A stretch of DNA of 64,000 bases, from contig OZ024742.1 of the NCBI GenBank assembly GCA_964016885.1, forward strand, positions 367,784,001-367,848,000, given 5' to 3'. The notes beneath the pieces are model-generated. The model worked only from the letters and a program-made list of their open reading frames with translations, did not search any database and was not told the DNA's origin. Positions 48,880 to 61,700 of this stretch are shown here, piece after piece. A program made the translations under genes and the position numbers. The DNA is from Eledone cirrhosa (lineage: Eukaryota). The stretch's first letter is position 1; each line of letters opens with the position of its first letter.

Positions 48880-51800
48880 AGCTGAACTGTCTTCTGACAA
48901 TACCAGCTCCGGTGTGTCTTAATGCAGTCTCCCATGTCTGGGCAGTCCAACAGATCTAGCTGAACTGTCTTCTGACAATACCAACTCCGGTGTGTCTTAA
49001 TGCAGTCTCCAATGTCTGGGCAGTCCACCAGATCTAGCTGAACTGTCTTCTGACAATACCAGCTCCGGTGTGTCTTAATGCAGTCTCCAATGTCTGGTTA
49101 GTCCACCAGATCTAGCTGAACTGTCTTCTGATAATACCAGCTCCGGTGTTTCTAAATGCTGTCTCCCATGTTTGGTCAGGCCAACAGATCTAGCTGAACT
49201 GTCTTCTGACAATACCAGCTCCGGTGTGTCTTAATGCAGTCTCCAATGTCTGGTCAGTCCAGCAGATCTAGCTGAACTGTCTTCTGACAATACCAGCTCC
49301 GGTGTGTCTTAATCCAGTCTCCAATGTCTGGTCAGTCCACCAGATCTAGCTGAACTGTCTTCTGACAATACCAGCTCCGGTGTGTCTTAATGCAGTCTCC
49401 CATGTCTGGTCAGTCCACCAGATCTAGCTGAACTGTCTTCTGACAATACCAGCTCCGGTGTGTCTTAATGCAGTCTCCCATGTCTGGTCAGTCCACCAGA
49501 TCTAGCTGAACTGTCTTCTGACAATACCAGCTCCGGTGTGTCTTAATACAGTCTCCAATGTCTGGCCAGTCCACCAGATCTAGCTGAACTGTCTTCTGAC
49601 AATACCAGCTCCGGTGTGTCTTTATACAGTCTCCAATGTCTGGCCAGTCCACCAGATCTAGCTGAACTGTCTTCTGACAATACCAGCTCCGGTGTGTCTT
49701 AATACAGTCTCCAATGTCTGGCCAGTCCACCAGATCTAGCTGAACTGTCTTCTGACAATACCAGCTCCGGTGTGTCTTAATCCAGTCTCCAATGTCTGGT
49801 CAGTCCACCAGATCTAGCTGAACTGTCTTCTGACAATACCAGCTCCGGTGTGTCTTAATGCAGTCTCCCATGTCTGGTCAGTCCACCAGATCTAGCTGAA
49901 CTGTCTTCTGACAATACCAGCTCCGGCGTGTCTTAATGCAGTCTCCAATGTCTGGTCAGTCCACCAGATCTAGCTGAACTGTCTTCTGACAATACCAGCT
50001 CCGGTGTGTCTTAATGCAGTCTCCAATGTCTGGTCAGTTCACCAGATCTAGCTGAACTGTCTTCTGACAATACCAACTCCGGTGTGTCTTAATGCAGTCT
50101 CCCATGTCTGGTCAGTCCAACAGATCTAGCTGAACTGTCTTCTGACAATACCAACTCCGGTGTGTCTTAATGCAGTCTCCAATGTCTGGTCAGTCCACCA
50201 GATCTAGCTGAACTGTCTTCTGACAATACCAGCTCCGGTGTGTCTTAATGCAGTCTCCAATGTCTGGTCAGTCCAGCAGATCTAGCTGAACTGTCTTCTG
50301 ATAATACCAGCTCCGGTGTTTCTTAATGCTGTCTCCCATGTCTGGTCAGTCCAACAGATCTAGCTGAACTGTCTTCTGACAATACCAGCTCCGGTGTGTC
50401 TTAATACAGTCTCCAATGTCTGGTCAGTCCACCAGATATAGCTGAACTGTCTTCTGACAATACCATCTCCGGTATGTCTTAATACAGTCTCCAATGTCTG
50501 GTCAGTCCACCAGATCTAGCTGAACTGTCTTCTGACAATACCAGCTCCGGTGTGTCTTAATACAGTCTCCAATGTCTGGCCAGTCCACCAGATCTAGCTG
50601 AACTGTCTTCTGACAATACCAGCTCCGGTGTGTCTTAATCCAGTCTCCAATGTCTGGTCAGTCCACCAGATCTAGCTGAACTGTCTTCTGACAATACCAG
50701 CTCCGGTGTGTCTTAATGCAGTCTCCCATGTCTGGTCAGTCCACCAGATCTAGCTGAACTGTCTTCTGACAATACCAGCTCCGGTGTGTCTTAATGCAGT
50801 CTCCAATGTCTGGTCAGTCCACCAGATCTAGCTGAACTGTCTTCTGACAATACCAGCTCCGGTGTGTCTTTATACAGTCTCCTATGTCTGGTCAGTCCAA
50901 CAGATCTAGCTGAACTGTCTTCTGACAATACCAGCTCCGGTGTGTCTTAATACAGTCTCCAATGTCTGGTCAGTCCACCAGATCTAGCTGAACTGTCTTC
51001 TGACAATACCAGCTCCGGTGTGTCTTAATGCAGTCTCCAATGTCTGGTCAGTTCACCAGATCTAGCTGAACTGTCTTCTGACAATACCAATTCCGGTGTG
51101 TCTTAATGCAGTCTCCCATGTCTGGTCAGTCCAACAGATCTAGCTGAACTGTCTTCTGACAATACCAACTCCGGTGTGTCTTAATGCAGTCTCCAATGTC
51201 TGGTCAGTCCACCAGATCTAGCTGAACTGTCTTCTGACAATACCAGCTCAGCTGTATCTTAATGCAGTCTCCAATGTCTGGTCAGTCCACCAGATCTAGC
51301 TGAACTGTCTTCTGATAATACCAGCTCCGGTGTTTCTTAATGCTGTCTCCCATGTCTGGTCAGGCCAACAGATCTAGCTGAACTGTCTTCTGACAATACC
51401 AGCTCCGGTGTGTCTTAATGCAGTCTCCAATGTCTGGTCAGTCCACCAGATCTAGCTGAACTGTCTTCTGACAATACCACCTCCGGTGTGTCTTAATGCA
51501 GTCTCCAATGTCTGGTCAGTCCACCAGATCTAGCTGAACTGTCTTCTGACAATACCAGCTCCGGTGTGTCTTAATGCAGTCTCCCATGTCTGGTCAGTCC
51601 ACCAGATCTAGCTGAACTGTCTTCTGACAATACCAGCTCCGGTGTGTCTTAATGCAGTCTCCCATGTCTGGGCAGTCCAACAGATCTAGCTGAACTGTCT
51701 TCTGACAATACCAACTCCGGTGTGTCTTAATGCAGTCTCCAATGTCTGGGCAGTCCACCAGATCTAGCTGAACTGTCTTCTGACAATACCAGCTCCGGTG

Positions 51801-52720
51801 TGTCTTAATGCAGTCTCCAATGTCTGGTTAGTCCACCAGATCTAGCTGAACTGTCTTCTGATAATACCAGCTCCGGTGTTTCTAAATGCTGTCTCCCATG
51901 TTTGGTCAGGCCAACAGATCTAGCTGAACTGTCTTCTGACAATACCAGCTCCGGTGTGTCTTAATGCAGTCTCCAATGTCTGGTCAGTCCAGCAGATCTA
52001 GCTGAACTGTCTTCTGACAATACCAGCTCCGGTGTGTCTTAATCCAGTCTCCAATGTCTGGTCAGTCCACCAGATCTAGCTGAACTGTCTTCTGACAATA
52101 CCAGCTCCGGTGTGTCTTAATGCAGTCTCCCATGTCTGGTCAGTCCACCAGATCTAGCTGAACTGTCTTCTGACAATACCAGCTCCGGTGTGTCTTAATG
52201 CAGTCTCCCATGTCTGGTCAGTCCACCAGATCTAGCTGAACTGTCTTCTGACAATACCAGCTCCGGTGTGTCTTAATACAGTCTCCAATGTCTGGCCAGT
52301 CCACCAGATCTAGCTGAACTGTCTTCTGACAATACCAGCTCCGGTGTGTCTTTATACAGTCTCCAATGTCTGGCCAGTCCACCAGATCTAGCTGAACTGT
52401 CTTCTGACAATACCAGCTCCGGTGTGTCTTAATACAGTCTCCAATGTCTGGCCAGTCCACCAGATCTAGCTGAACTGTCTTCTGACAATACCAGCTCCGG
52501 TGTGTCTTAATCCAGTCTCCAATGTCTGGTCAGTCCACCAGATCTAGCTGAACTGTCTTCTGACAATACCAGCTCCGGCGTGTCTTAATGCAGTCTCCCA
52601 TGTCTGGTCAGTCCACCAGATCTAGCTGAACTGTCTTCTGACAATACCAGCTCCGGCGTGTCTTAATGCAGTCTCCAATGTCTGGTCAGTCCACCAGATC
52701 TAGCTGAACTGTCTTCTGAC
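48880..52720. repeat. Block duplication within the 78-bp array, offset 2730 bp (35 monomers)
   Basis: Rare variants recur at +2730: GGTTAGTCC at 49097/51827, TTTCTAAATG at ~49149/~51879, and ORFs 49488/52218. Confidence 0.88.
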
Positions 52721-55700
52721 AATACCAGCTCCGGTGTGTCTTAATGCAGTCTCCAATGTCTTGTCAGTCCAACAGATCTAGCTGAACTGTCTTCTGACAA
52801 TACCAGCTCCGGTGTGTCTTTATACAGTCTCCTATGTCTGGTCAGTCCAACAGATCTAGCTGAACTGTCTTCTGACAATACCAGCTCCGGTGTGTCTTAA
52901 TACAGTCTCCAATGTCTGGTCAGTCCACCAGATCTAGCTGAACTGTCTTCTGACAATACCTGCTCCGGTGTGTCTTAATGCTGTCTCCAATGTCTGGTCA
53001 GTCCACCAGATCTAGCTGAACTGTCTTCTGACAATACCAGCTCCGGTGTGTCTTAATGCAGTCTCCAATGTCTGGTCAGTCCACCAGATCTAGCTGAACT
53101 GTCTTCTGACAATACCAGCTCCGGTGTGTCTTAATGCAGTCTCCAATGTCTGGTCAGTTCACCAGATCTAGCTGAACTGTCTTCTGACAATACCAACTCC
53201 GGTGTGTCTTAATGCAGTCTCCCATGTCTGGTCAGTCCAACAGATCTAGCTGAACTGTCTTCTGACAATACCAACTCCGGTGTGTCTTAATGCAGTCTCC
53301 AATGTCTGGTCAGTCCACCAGATCTAGCTGAACTGTCTTCTGACAATACCAGCTCCGGTGTGTCTTAATGCAGTCTCCAATGTCTGGTCAGTCCAGCAGA
53401 TCTAGCTGAACTGTCTTCTGATAATACCAGCTCCGGTGTTTCTTAATGCTGTCTCCCATGTCTGGTCAGTCCAACAGATCTAGCTGAACTGTCTTCTGAC
53501 AATACCAGCTCCGGTGTGTCTTAATACAGTCTCCAATGTCTGGTCAGTCCACCAGATATAGCTGAACTGTCTTCTGACAATACCATCTCCGGTATGTCTT
53601 AATACAGTCTCCAATGTCTGGTCAGTCCACCAGATCTAGCTGAACTGTCTTCTGACAATACCAGCTCCGGTGTGTCTTAATGCAGTCTCCCATGTCTGGT
53701 CAGTCCACCAGATCTAGCTGAACTGTCTTCTGACAATACCAGCTCCGGTGTGTCTTAATGCAGTCTCCAATGTCTGGTCAGTCCACCAGATCTAGCCGAA
53801 CTGTCTTCTGACAATACCAGCTCCGGTGTGTCTTTATACAGTCTCCTATGTCTGGTCAGTCCAACAGATCTAGCTGAACTGTCTTCTGACAATACCAGCT
53901 CCGGTGTGTCTTAATACAGTCTCCAATGTCTGGTCAGTCCACCAGATCTAGCTGAACTGTCTTCTGACAATACCTGCTCCGGTGTGTCTTAATACAGTCT
54001 CCAATGTCTGGTCAGTCCACCAGATCTAGCTGAACTGTCTTCTGACAATACCATCTCCGGTGTGTCTTAATCCAGTCTTCAATGTCTGGTCAGTCCACCA
54101 GATCTAGCTGAACTGTCTTCTGACAATACCAGCTCCGGTGTGTCTTAATGCAGTCTCCAATGTCTGGTCAGTCCACCAGATCTAGCTGAACTGTCTTCTG
54201 ACAATACCAGCTCCGGTGTGTCTTAATACAGTCTCCAATGTCTGGTCAGTCCACCAGATCTAGCTGAACTGTCTTCTGACAATACCACCTCCGGTGTGTC
54301 TTAATGCAGTCTCCAATGTCTGGTCAGTCCACCAGATCTAGCTGAACTGTCTTCTGACAATACCAGCTCCGGTGTGTCTTAATGCAGTCTCCCATGTCTG
54401 GTCAGTCCACCAGATCTAGCTGAACTGTCTTCTGACAATACCAGCTCCGGTGTGTCTTAATGCAGTCTCCAATGTCTGGTCAGTCCACCAGATCTAGCTG
54501 AACTGTCTTCTGACAATACCAGTTCCGGTGTGTCTTAATGCAGTCTCCAATGTCTTGTCAGTCCACCAGATCTAGCTGAACTGTCTTCTGACAATACCAG
54601 CTCCGGCGTGTCTTAATGCAGTCTCCAATGTCTGGTCAGTCCACCAGATCTAGCTGAACTGTCTTCTGACAATACCAGCTCCGGTGTGTCTTAATACAGT
54701 CTCCAATGTCTGGTCAGTCCACCAGATCTAGCTGAACTGTCTTCTGACAATACCACCTCCGGTGTGTCTTAATGCAGTCTCCAATGTCTGGTCAGTCCAC
54801 CAGTTCTAGCTGAACTGTCTTCTGACAATACCAACTCCGGTGTGTCTTAATGCAGTCTCCCATGTCTGGGCAGTCCAACAGATCTAGCTGAACTGTCTTC
54901 TGACAATACCAACTCCGGTGTGTCTTAATGCAGTCTCCAATGTCTGGGCAGTCCACCAGATCTAGCTGAACTGTCTTCTGACAATACCAGCTCCGGTGTG
55001 TCTTAATGCAGTCTCCAATGTCTGGTCAGTCCACCAGATCTAGCTGAACTGTCTTCTGATAATACCAGCTCCGGTGTTTCTAAATGCTGTCTCCCATGTT
55101 TGGTCAGGCCAACAGATCTAGCTGAACTGTCTTCTGACAATACCAGCTCCGGTGTGTCTTAATGCAGTCTCCAATGTCTGGTCAGTCCAGCAGATCTAGC
55201 TGAACTGTCTTCTGACAATACCAGCTCCGGTGTGTCTTAATCCAGTCTCCAATGTCTGGGCAGTCCAACAGATCTAGCTGAACTGTCTTCTGACAATACC
55301 AGCTCCGGTGTGTCTTAATACAGTCTCCAATGTCTGGGCAGTCCAACAGATCTAGCTGAACTGTCTTCTGACAATACCAGCTCCGGTATGTCTTAATGCA
55401 GTCTCCAATGTCTGGGCAGTCCAACAGATCTAGCTGAACTGTCTTCTGACAATACCAGCTCCGGTGTGTCTTAATACAGTCTCCAATGTCTGGCCAGTCC
55501 ACCAGATCTAGCTGAACTGTCTTCTGACAATACCAGCTCCGGTGTGTCTTTATACAGTCTCCAATGTCTGGCCAGTCCACCAGATCTAGCTGAACTGTCT
55601 TCTGACAATACCAGCTCCGGTGTGTCTTAATACAGTCTCCAATGTCTGGCCAGTCCACCAGATCTAGCTGAACTGTCTTCTGACAATACCAGCTCCGGTG

Positions 55701-58700
55701 TGTCTTAATCCAGTCTCCAATGTCTGGTCAGTCCACCAGATCTAGCTGAACTGTCTTCTGACAATACCAGCTCCGGTGTGTCTTAATGCAGTCTCCCATG
55801 TCTGGTCAGTCCACCAGATCTAGCTGAACTGTCTTCTGACAATACCAGCTCCGGCGTGTCTTAATGCAGTCTCCAATGTCTGGTCAGTCCACCAGATCTA
55901 GCTGAACTGTCTTCTGACAATACCAGCTCCGGTGTGTCTTAATGCAGTCTCCAATGTCTTGTCAGTCCAACAGATCTAGCTGAACTGTCTTCTGACAATA
56001 CCAGCTCCGGTGTGTCTTTATACAGTCTCCTATGTCTGGTCAGTCCACCAGATCTAGCTGAACTGTCTTCTGACAATACCAGCTCCGGTGTGTCTTAATA
56101 CAGTCTCCAATGTCTGGTCAGTCCACCAGATCTAGCTGAACTGTCTTCTGACAATACCAGCTCCGGTGTGTCTTAATGCAGTCTCCAATGTCTGGTCAGT
56201 CCACCAGATCTAGCTGAACTGTCTTCTGACAATACCAGCTCCGGTGTGTCTTAATGCAGTCTCCAATGTCTGGTCAGTTCACCAGATCTAGCTGAACTGT
56301 CTTCTGACAATACCAACTCCGGTGTGTCTTAATGCAGTCTCCCATGTCTGGTCAGTCCAACAGATCTAGCTGAACTGTCTTCTGACAATACCAACTCCGG
56401 TGTGTCTTAATGCAGTCTCCAATGTCTGGTCAGTCCACCAGATCTAGCTGAACTGTCTTCTGACAATACCAACTCCGGTGTGTCTTAATGCAGTCTCCAA
56501 TGTCTGGTCAGTCCACCAGATCTAGCTGAACTGTCTTCTGACAATACCAGCTCCGGTGTGTCTTAATGCAGTCTCCAATGTCTGGTCAGTCCAGCAGATC
56601 TAGCTGAACTGTCTTCTGATAATACCAGCTCCGGTGTTTCTTAATGCTGTCTCCCATGTCTGGTCAGACCAACAGATCTAGCTGAACTGTCTTCTGACAA
56701 TACCAGCTCCGGTGTGTCTTAATACAGTCTCCAATGTCTGGTCAGTCCACCAGATATAGCTGAACTGTCTTCTGACAATACCAGCTCCGGTGTGTCTTAA
56801 TACAGTCTCCAATGTCTGGTCAGTCCACCAGATATAGCTGAACTGTCTTCTGACAATACCATCACCGGTATGTCTTAATACAGTCTCCAATGTCTGGTCA
56901 GTCCACCAGATCTAGCTGAACTGTCTTCTGACAATACCAGCTCCGGTGTGTCTTAATGCAGTCTCCCATGTCTGGTCAGTCCACCAGATCTAGCTGAACT
57001 GTCTTCTGACAATACCAGCTCCGGTGTGTCTTAATACAGTCTCCAATGTCTGGTCAGTCCACCAGATCTAGCTGAACTGTCTTCTGACAATACCACCTCC
57101 GGTGTGTCTTAATGCAGTCTCCAGTGTCTGGTCAGTCCACCAGATCTAGCTGAACTGTCTTCTGACAATACCAGCTCCGGTGTGTCTTAATGCAGTCTCC
57201 CATGTCTGGTCAGTCCACCAGATCTAGCTGAACTGTCTTCTGACAATACCAGCTCCGGTGTGTCTTAATGCAGTCTCCAATGTCTGGTCAGTCCACCAGA
57301 TCTAGCTGAACTGTCTTCTGACAATACCAGTTCCGGTGTGTCTTAATGCAGTCTCCAATGTCTTGTCAGTCCACCAGATCTAGCTGAACTGTCTTCTGAC
57401 AATACCAGCTCCGGCGTGTCTTAATGCAGTCTCCAATGTCTGGTCAGTCCACCAGATCTAGCTGAACTGTCTTCTGACAATACCAGCTCCGGTGTGTCTT
57501 AATGCAGTCTCCAATGTCTTGTCAGTCCAACAGATCTAGCTGAACTGTCTTCTGACAATACCAGCTCCGGTGTGTCTTTATACAGTCTCCTATGTCTGGT
57601 CAGTCCAACAGATCTAGCTGAACTGTCTTCTGACAATACCAGCTCCGGTGTGTCTTAATACAGTCTCCAATGTCTGGTCAGTCCACCAGATCTAGCTGAA
57701 CTGTCTTCTGACAATACCTGCTCCGGTGTGTCTTAATGCTGTCTCCAATGTCTGGTCAGTCCAACAGATCTAGCTGAACTGTCTTCTGACAATACCAGCT
57801 CCGGTGTGTTTAATGCAGTCTCCAATGTCTGGTCAGTCCACCAGATCTAGCTGAACTGTCTTCTGACAATACCAGCTCCGGTGTGTCTTAATGCAGTCTC
57901 CAATGTCTGGTCAGTTCACCAGATCTAGCTGAACTGTCTTCTGACAATACCAACTCCGGTGTGTCTTAATGCAGTCTCCCATGTCTGGTCAGTCCAACAG
58001 ATCTAGCTGAACTGTCTTCTGACAATACCAACTCCGGTGTGTCTTAATGCAGTCTCCAATGTCTGGTCAGTCCACCAGATCTAGCTGAACTGTCTTCTGA
58101 CAATACCAGCTCCGGTGTGTCTTAATGCAGTCTCCAATGTCTGGTCAGTCCAGCAGATCTAGCTGAACTGTCTTCTGATAATACCAGCTCCGGTGTTTCT
58201 TAATGCTGTCTCCCATGTCTGGTCAGTCCAACAGATCTAGCTGAACTGTCTTCTGACAATACCAGCTCCGGTGTGTCTTAATACAGTCTCCAATGTCTGG
58301 TCAGTCCACCAGATATAGCTGAACTGTCTTCTGACAATACCATCTCCGGTATGTCTTAATACAGTCTCCAATGTCTGGTCAGTCCACCAGATCTAGCTGA
58401 ACTGTCTTCTGACAATACCAGCTCCGGTGTGTCTTAATGCAGTCTCCCATGTCTGGTCAGTCCACCAGATCTAGCTGAACTGTCTTCTGACAATACCAGC
58501 TCCGGTGTGTCTTAATGCAGTCTCCAATGTCTGGTCAGTCCACCAGATCTAGCTGAACTGTCTTCTGACAATACCAGCTCCGGTGTGTCTTTATACAGTC
58601 TCCAATGTCTGGTCAGTCCAACAGATCTAGCTGAACTGTCTTCTGACAATACCAGCTCCGGTGTGTCTTAATGCAGTCTCCAATGTCTGGTCAGTCCACC

Positions 58701-61700
58701 AGATCTAGCTGAACTGTCTTCTGACAATACCAGCTCCGGTGTGTCTTAATGCAGTCTCCAATGTCTGGTCAGTCCACCAGATCTAGCTGAACTGTCTTCT
58801 GACAATACCAGCTCCGGTGTGTCTTAATACAGTCTCCAATGTCTGGTCAGTCCACCAGATCTAGCTGAACTGTCTTCTGACAATACCACCTCCGGTGTGT
58901 CTTAATGCAGTCTCCAATGTCTGGTCAGTCCACCAGATCTAGCTGAACTGTCTTCTGACAATACCAGCTCCGGTGTGTCTTAATGCAGTCTCCCATGTCT
59001 GGTCAGTCCACCAGATCTAGCTGAACTGTCTTCTGACAATACCAGCTCCGATGTGTCTTAATGCAGTCTCCAATGTCTGGTCAGTCCACCAGATCTAGCT
59101 GAACTGTCTTCTGACAATACCAGTTCCGGTGTGTCTTAATGCAGTCTCCAATGTCTTGTCAGTCCAACAGATCTAGCTGAACTGTCTTCTGACAATACCA
59201 GCTCCGGTGTGTCTTAATACAGTCTCCAATGTCTGGTCAGTCCACCAGATCTAGCTGAACTGTCTTCTGACAATACCAGCTCCGGTATGTCTTAATGCAG
59301 TCTCCTATGTCTGGTCAGTCCACCAGATCTAGCCGAACTGTCTTCTGACAATACCAGCTCCGGTGTGTCTTAATGCAGTCTCCCAATTCTGGTCAGTCCA
59401 ACAGATCTAGCTGAACTGTCTTCTGACAATACCAGCTCCGGTGTGTCTTAATACAGTCTCCAATGTCTGGTCAGTCCAACAGATCTAGCTGAACTGTCTT
59501 CTGACAATACCAGCTCCGGTGTGTCTTAATACAGTCTCCAATGTCTGGTCAGTCCACCAGATCTAGCTGAACTGTCTTCTGACAATACCAGCTCCGGTGT
59601 GTCTTAATGCAGTCTCCAATGTCTGGTCAGTCCACCAGATCTTGCTGAACTGTCTTCTGACAATACCAGCTCCGGTGTGTCTTAATGCAGTCTCCAATGT
59701 CTGGTCAGTCCAACAGATCTAGCTGAGCTGTCTTCTGACAATACCAGCTCCGGTGTGTCTTAATGCAGTCTCCAATGTCTGGTCAGTCCAACAGATCTAG
59801 CTGAACTGTCTTCTGACAATACCAGCTCCGGTGTGTCTTAATGCAGTCTCCAATGTCTGGTCAGTCCACCAGATCTTGCTGAACTGTCTTCTGACAATAC
59901 CAGCTCCGGTGTGTCTTAATGCAGTCTCCAATGTCTGGTCAGTCCAACAGATCTAGCTGAACTGTCTTCTGATAATACCAGCTCCGGTGTGTCTTAATGC
60001 AGTCTCCAATGTCTGGTCAGTCCAACAGATCTAGCTGAACTGTCTTCTGACAATACCAGCTCCGGTGTGTCTTAATGCAGCCTCCTATGTCTGGTCAGTC
60101 CAACAGATCTAGCTGAACTGTCTTCTGACAATACCAGCTCCGGTGTGTCTTAATACAGTCTCCTATGTCTGGTCAGTCCAACAGATCTAGCTGAACTGTC
60201 TTCTGACAATACCAGCTCCGGTGTGTCTTAATACAGTCTCCAATGTCTGGCCAGTCCACCAGATCTAGCTGAACTGTCTTCTGACAATACCAGCTCCGGT
60301 GTGTCTTAATGCAGTCTCCAATGTCTGGTCAGTCCACCAGATCTAGCTGAACTGTCTTCTGACAATACCAGCTCCGGTATGTCTTAATGCAGTCTCCTAT
60401 GTCTGGTCAGTCCACCAGATCTAGCTGAACTGTCTTCTGACAATACCAGCTCCGGTGTGTCTTAATGCAGTCTCCCATGTCTGGTCAGTCCAACAGATCT
60501 AGCTGAACTGTCTTCTGACAATACCAGCTCCGGTGTGTCTTAATGCAGTCTCCAATGTCTGGTCAGTCCACCAGATCTAGCTGAACTGTCTTCTGACAAT
60601 ACCTGCTCCGGTGTGTCTTAATGCAGTCTCCAATGTCTGGTCAGTCCACCAGATCTAGCTGAACTGTCCTCTGACAATACCAGCTCCGGTGTGTCTTAAT
60701 GCAGTCTCCCATGTCTGGTCAGTCCAACAGATCTAGCTGAACTGTCTTCTGACAATACCAGCTCCGGTGTGTCTTAATACAGTCTCCAATGTCTGGTCAG
60801 TCCACCAGATATAGCTGAACTGTCTTCTGACAATACCATCACCGGTATGTCTTAATACAGTCTCCAATGTCTGGTCAGTCCACCAGATCTAGCTGAACTG
60901 TCTTCTGACAATACCAGCTCCGGTGTGTCTTAATGCAGTCTCCCATGTCTGGTCAGTCCACCAGATCTAGCTGAACTGTCTTCTGACAATACCAGCTCCG
61001 GTGTGTCTTAATACAGTCTCCAATGTCTGGTCAGTCCACCAGATCTAGCTGAACTGTCTTCTGACAATACCACCTCCGGTGTGTCTTAATGCAGTCTCCA
61101 GTGTCTGGTCAGTCCACCAGATCTAGCTGAACTGTCTTCTGACAATACCAGCTCCGGTGTGTCTTAATGCAGTCTCCCATGTCTGGTCAGTCCACCAGAT
61201 CTAGCTGAACTGTCTTCTGACAATACCAGCTCCGGTGTGTCTTAATGCAGTCTCCAATGTCTGGTCAGTCCACCAGATCTAGCTGAACTGTCTTCTGACA
61301 ATACCAGTTCCGGTGTGTCTTAATGCAGTCTCCAATGTCTTGTCAGTCCACCAGATCTAGCTGAACTGTCTTCTGACAATACCAGCTCCGGCGTGTCTTA
61401 ATGCAGTCTCCAATGTCTGGTCAGTCCACCAGATCTAGCTGAACTGTCTTCTGACAATACCAGCTCCGGTGTGTCTTAATGCAGTCTCCAATGTCTTGTC
61501 AGTCCAACAGATCTAGCTGAACTGTCTTCTGACAATACCAGCTCCGGTGTGTCTTTATACAGTCTCCTATGTCTGGTCAGTCCAACAGATCTAGCTGAAC
61601 TGTCTTCTGACAATACCAGCTCCGGTGTGTCTTAATGCAGTCTCCAATGTCTGGTCAGGCCAACAGATCTAGCTGAACTGTCTTCTGACAATACCAGCTC

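Noticed and set aside
29989-56890. Short minus-strand ORFs in the 78-bp array (DWPDIGDC..., ETVLRHTG...) as CDS
   Set aside because: They appear only where a SNP removes the per-unit stop in a few adjacent monomers. They are not called as genes; the frame observation is kept as a finding.
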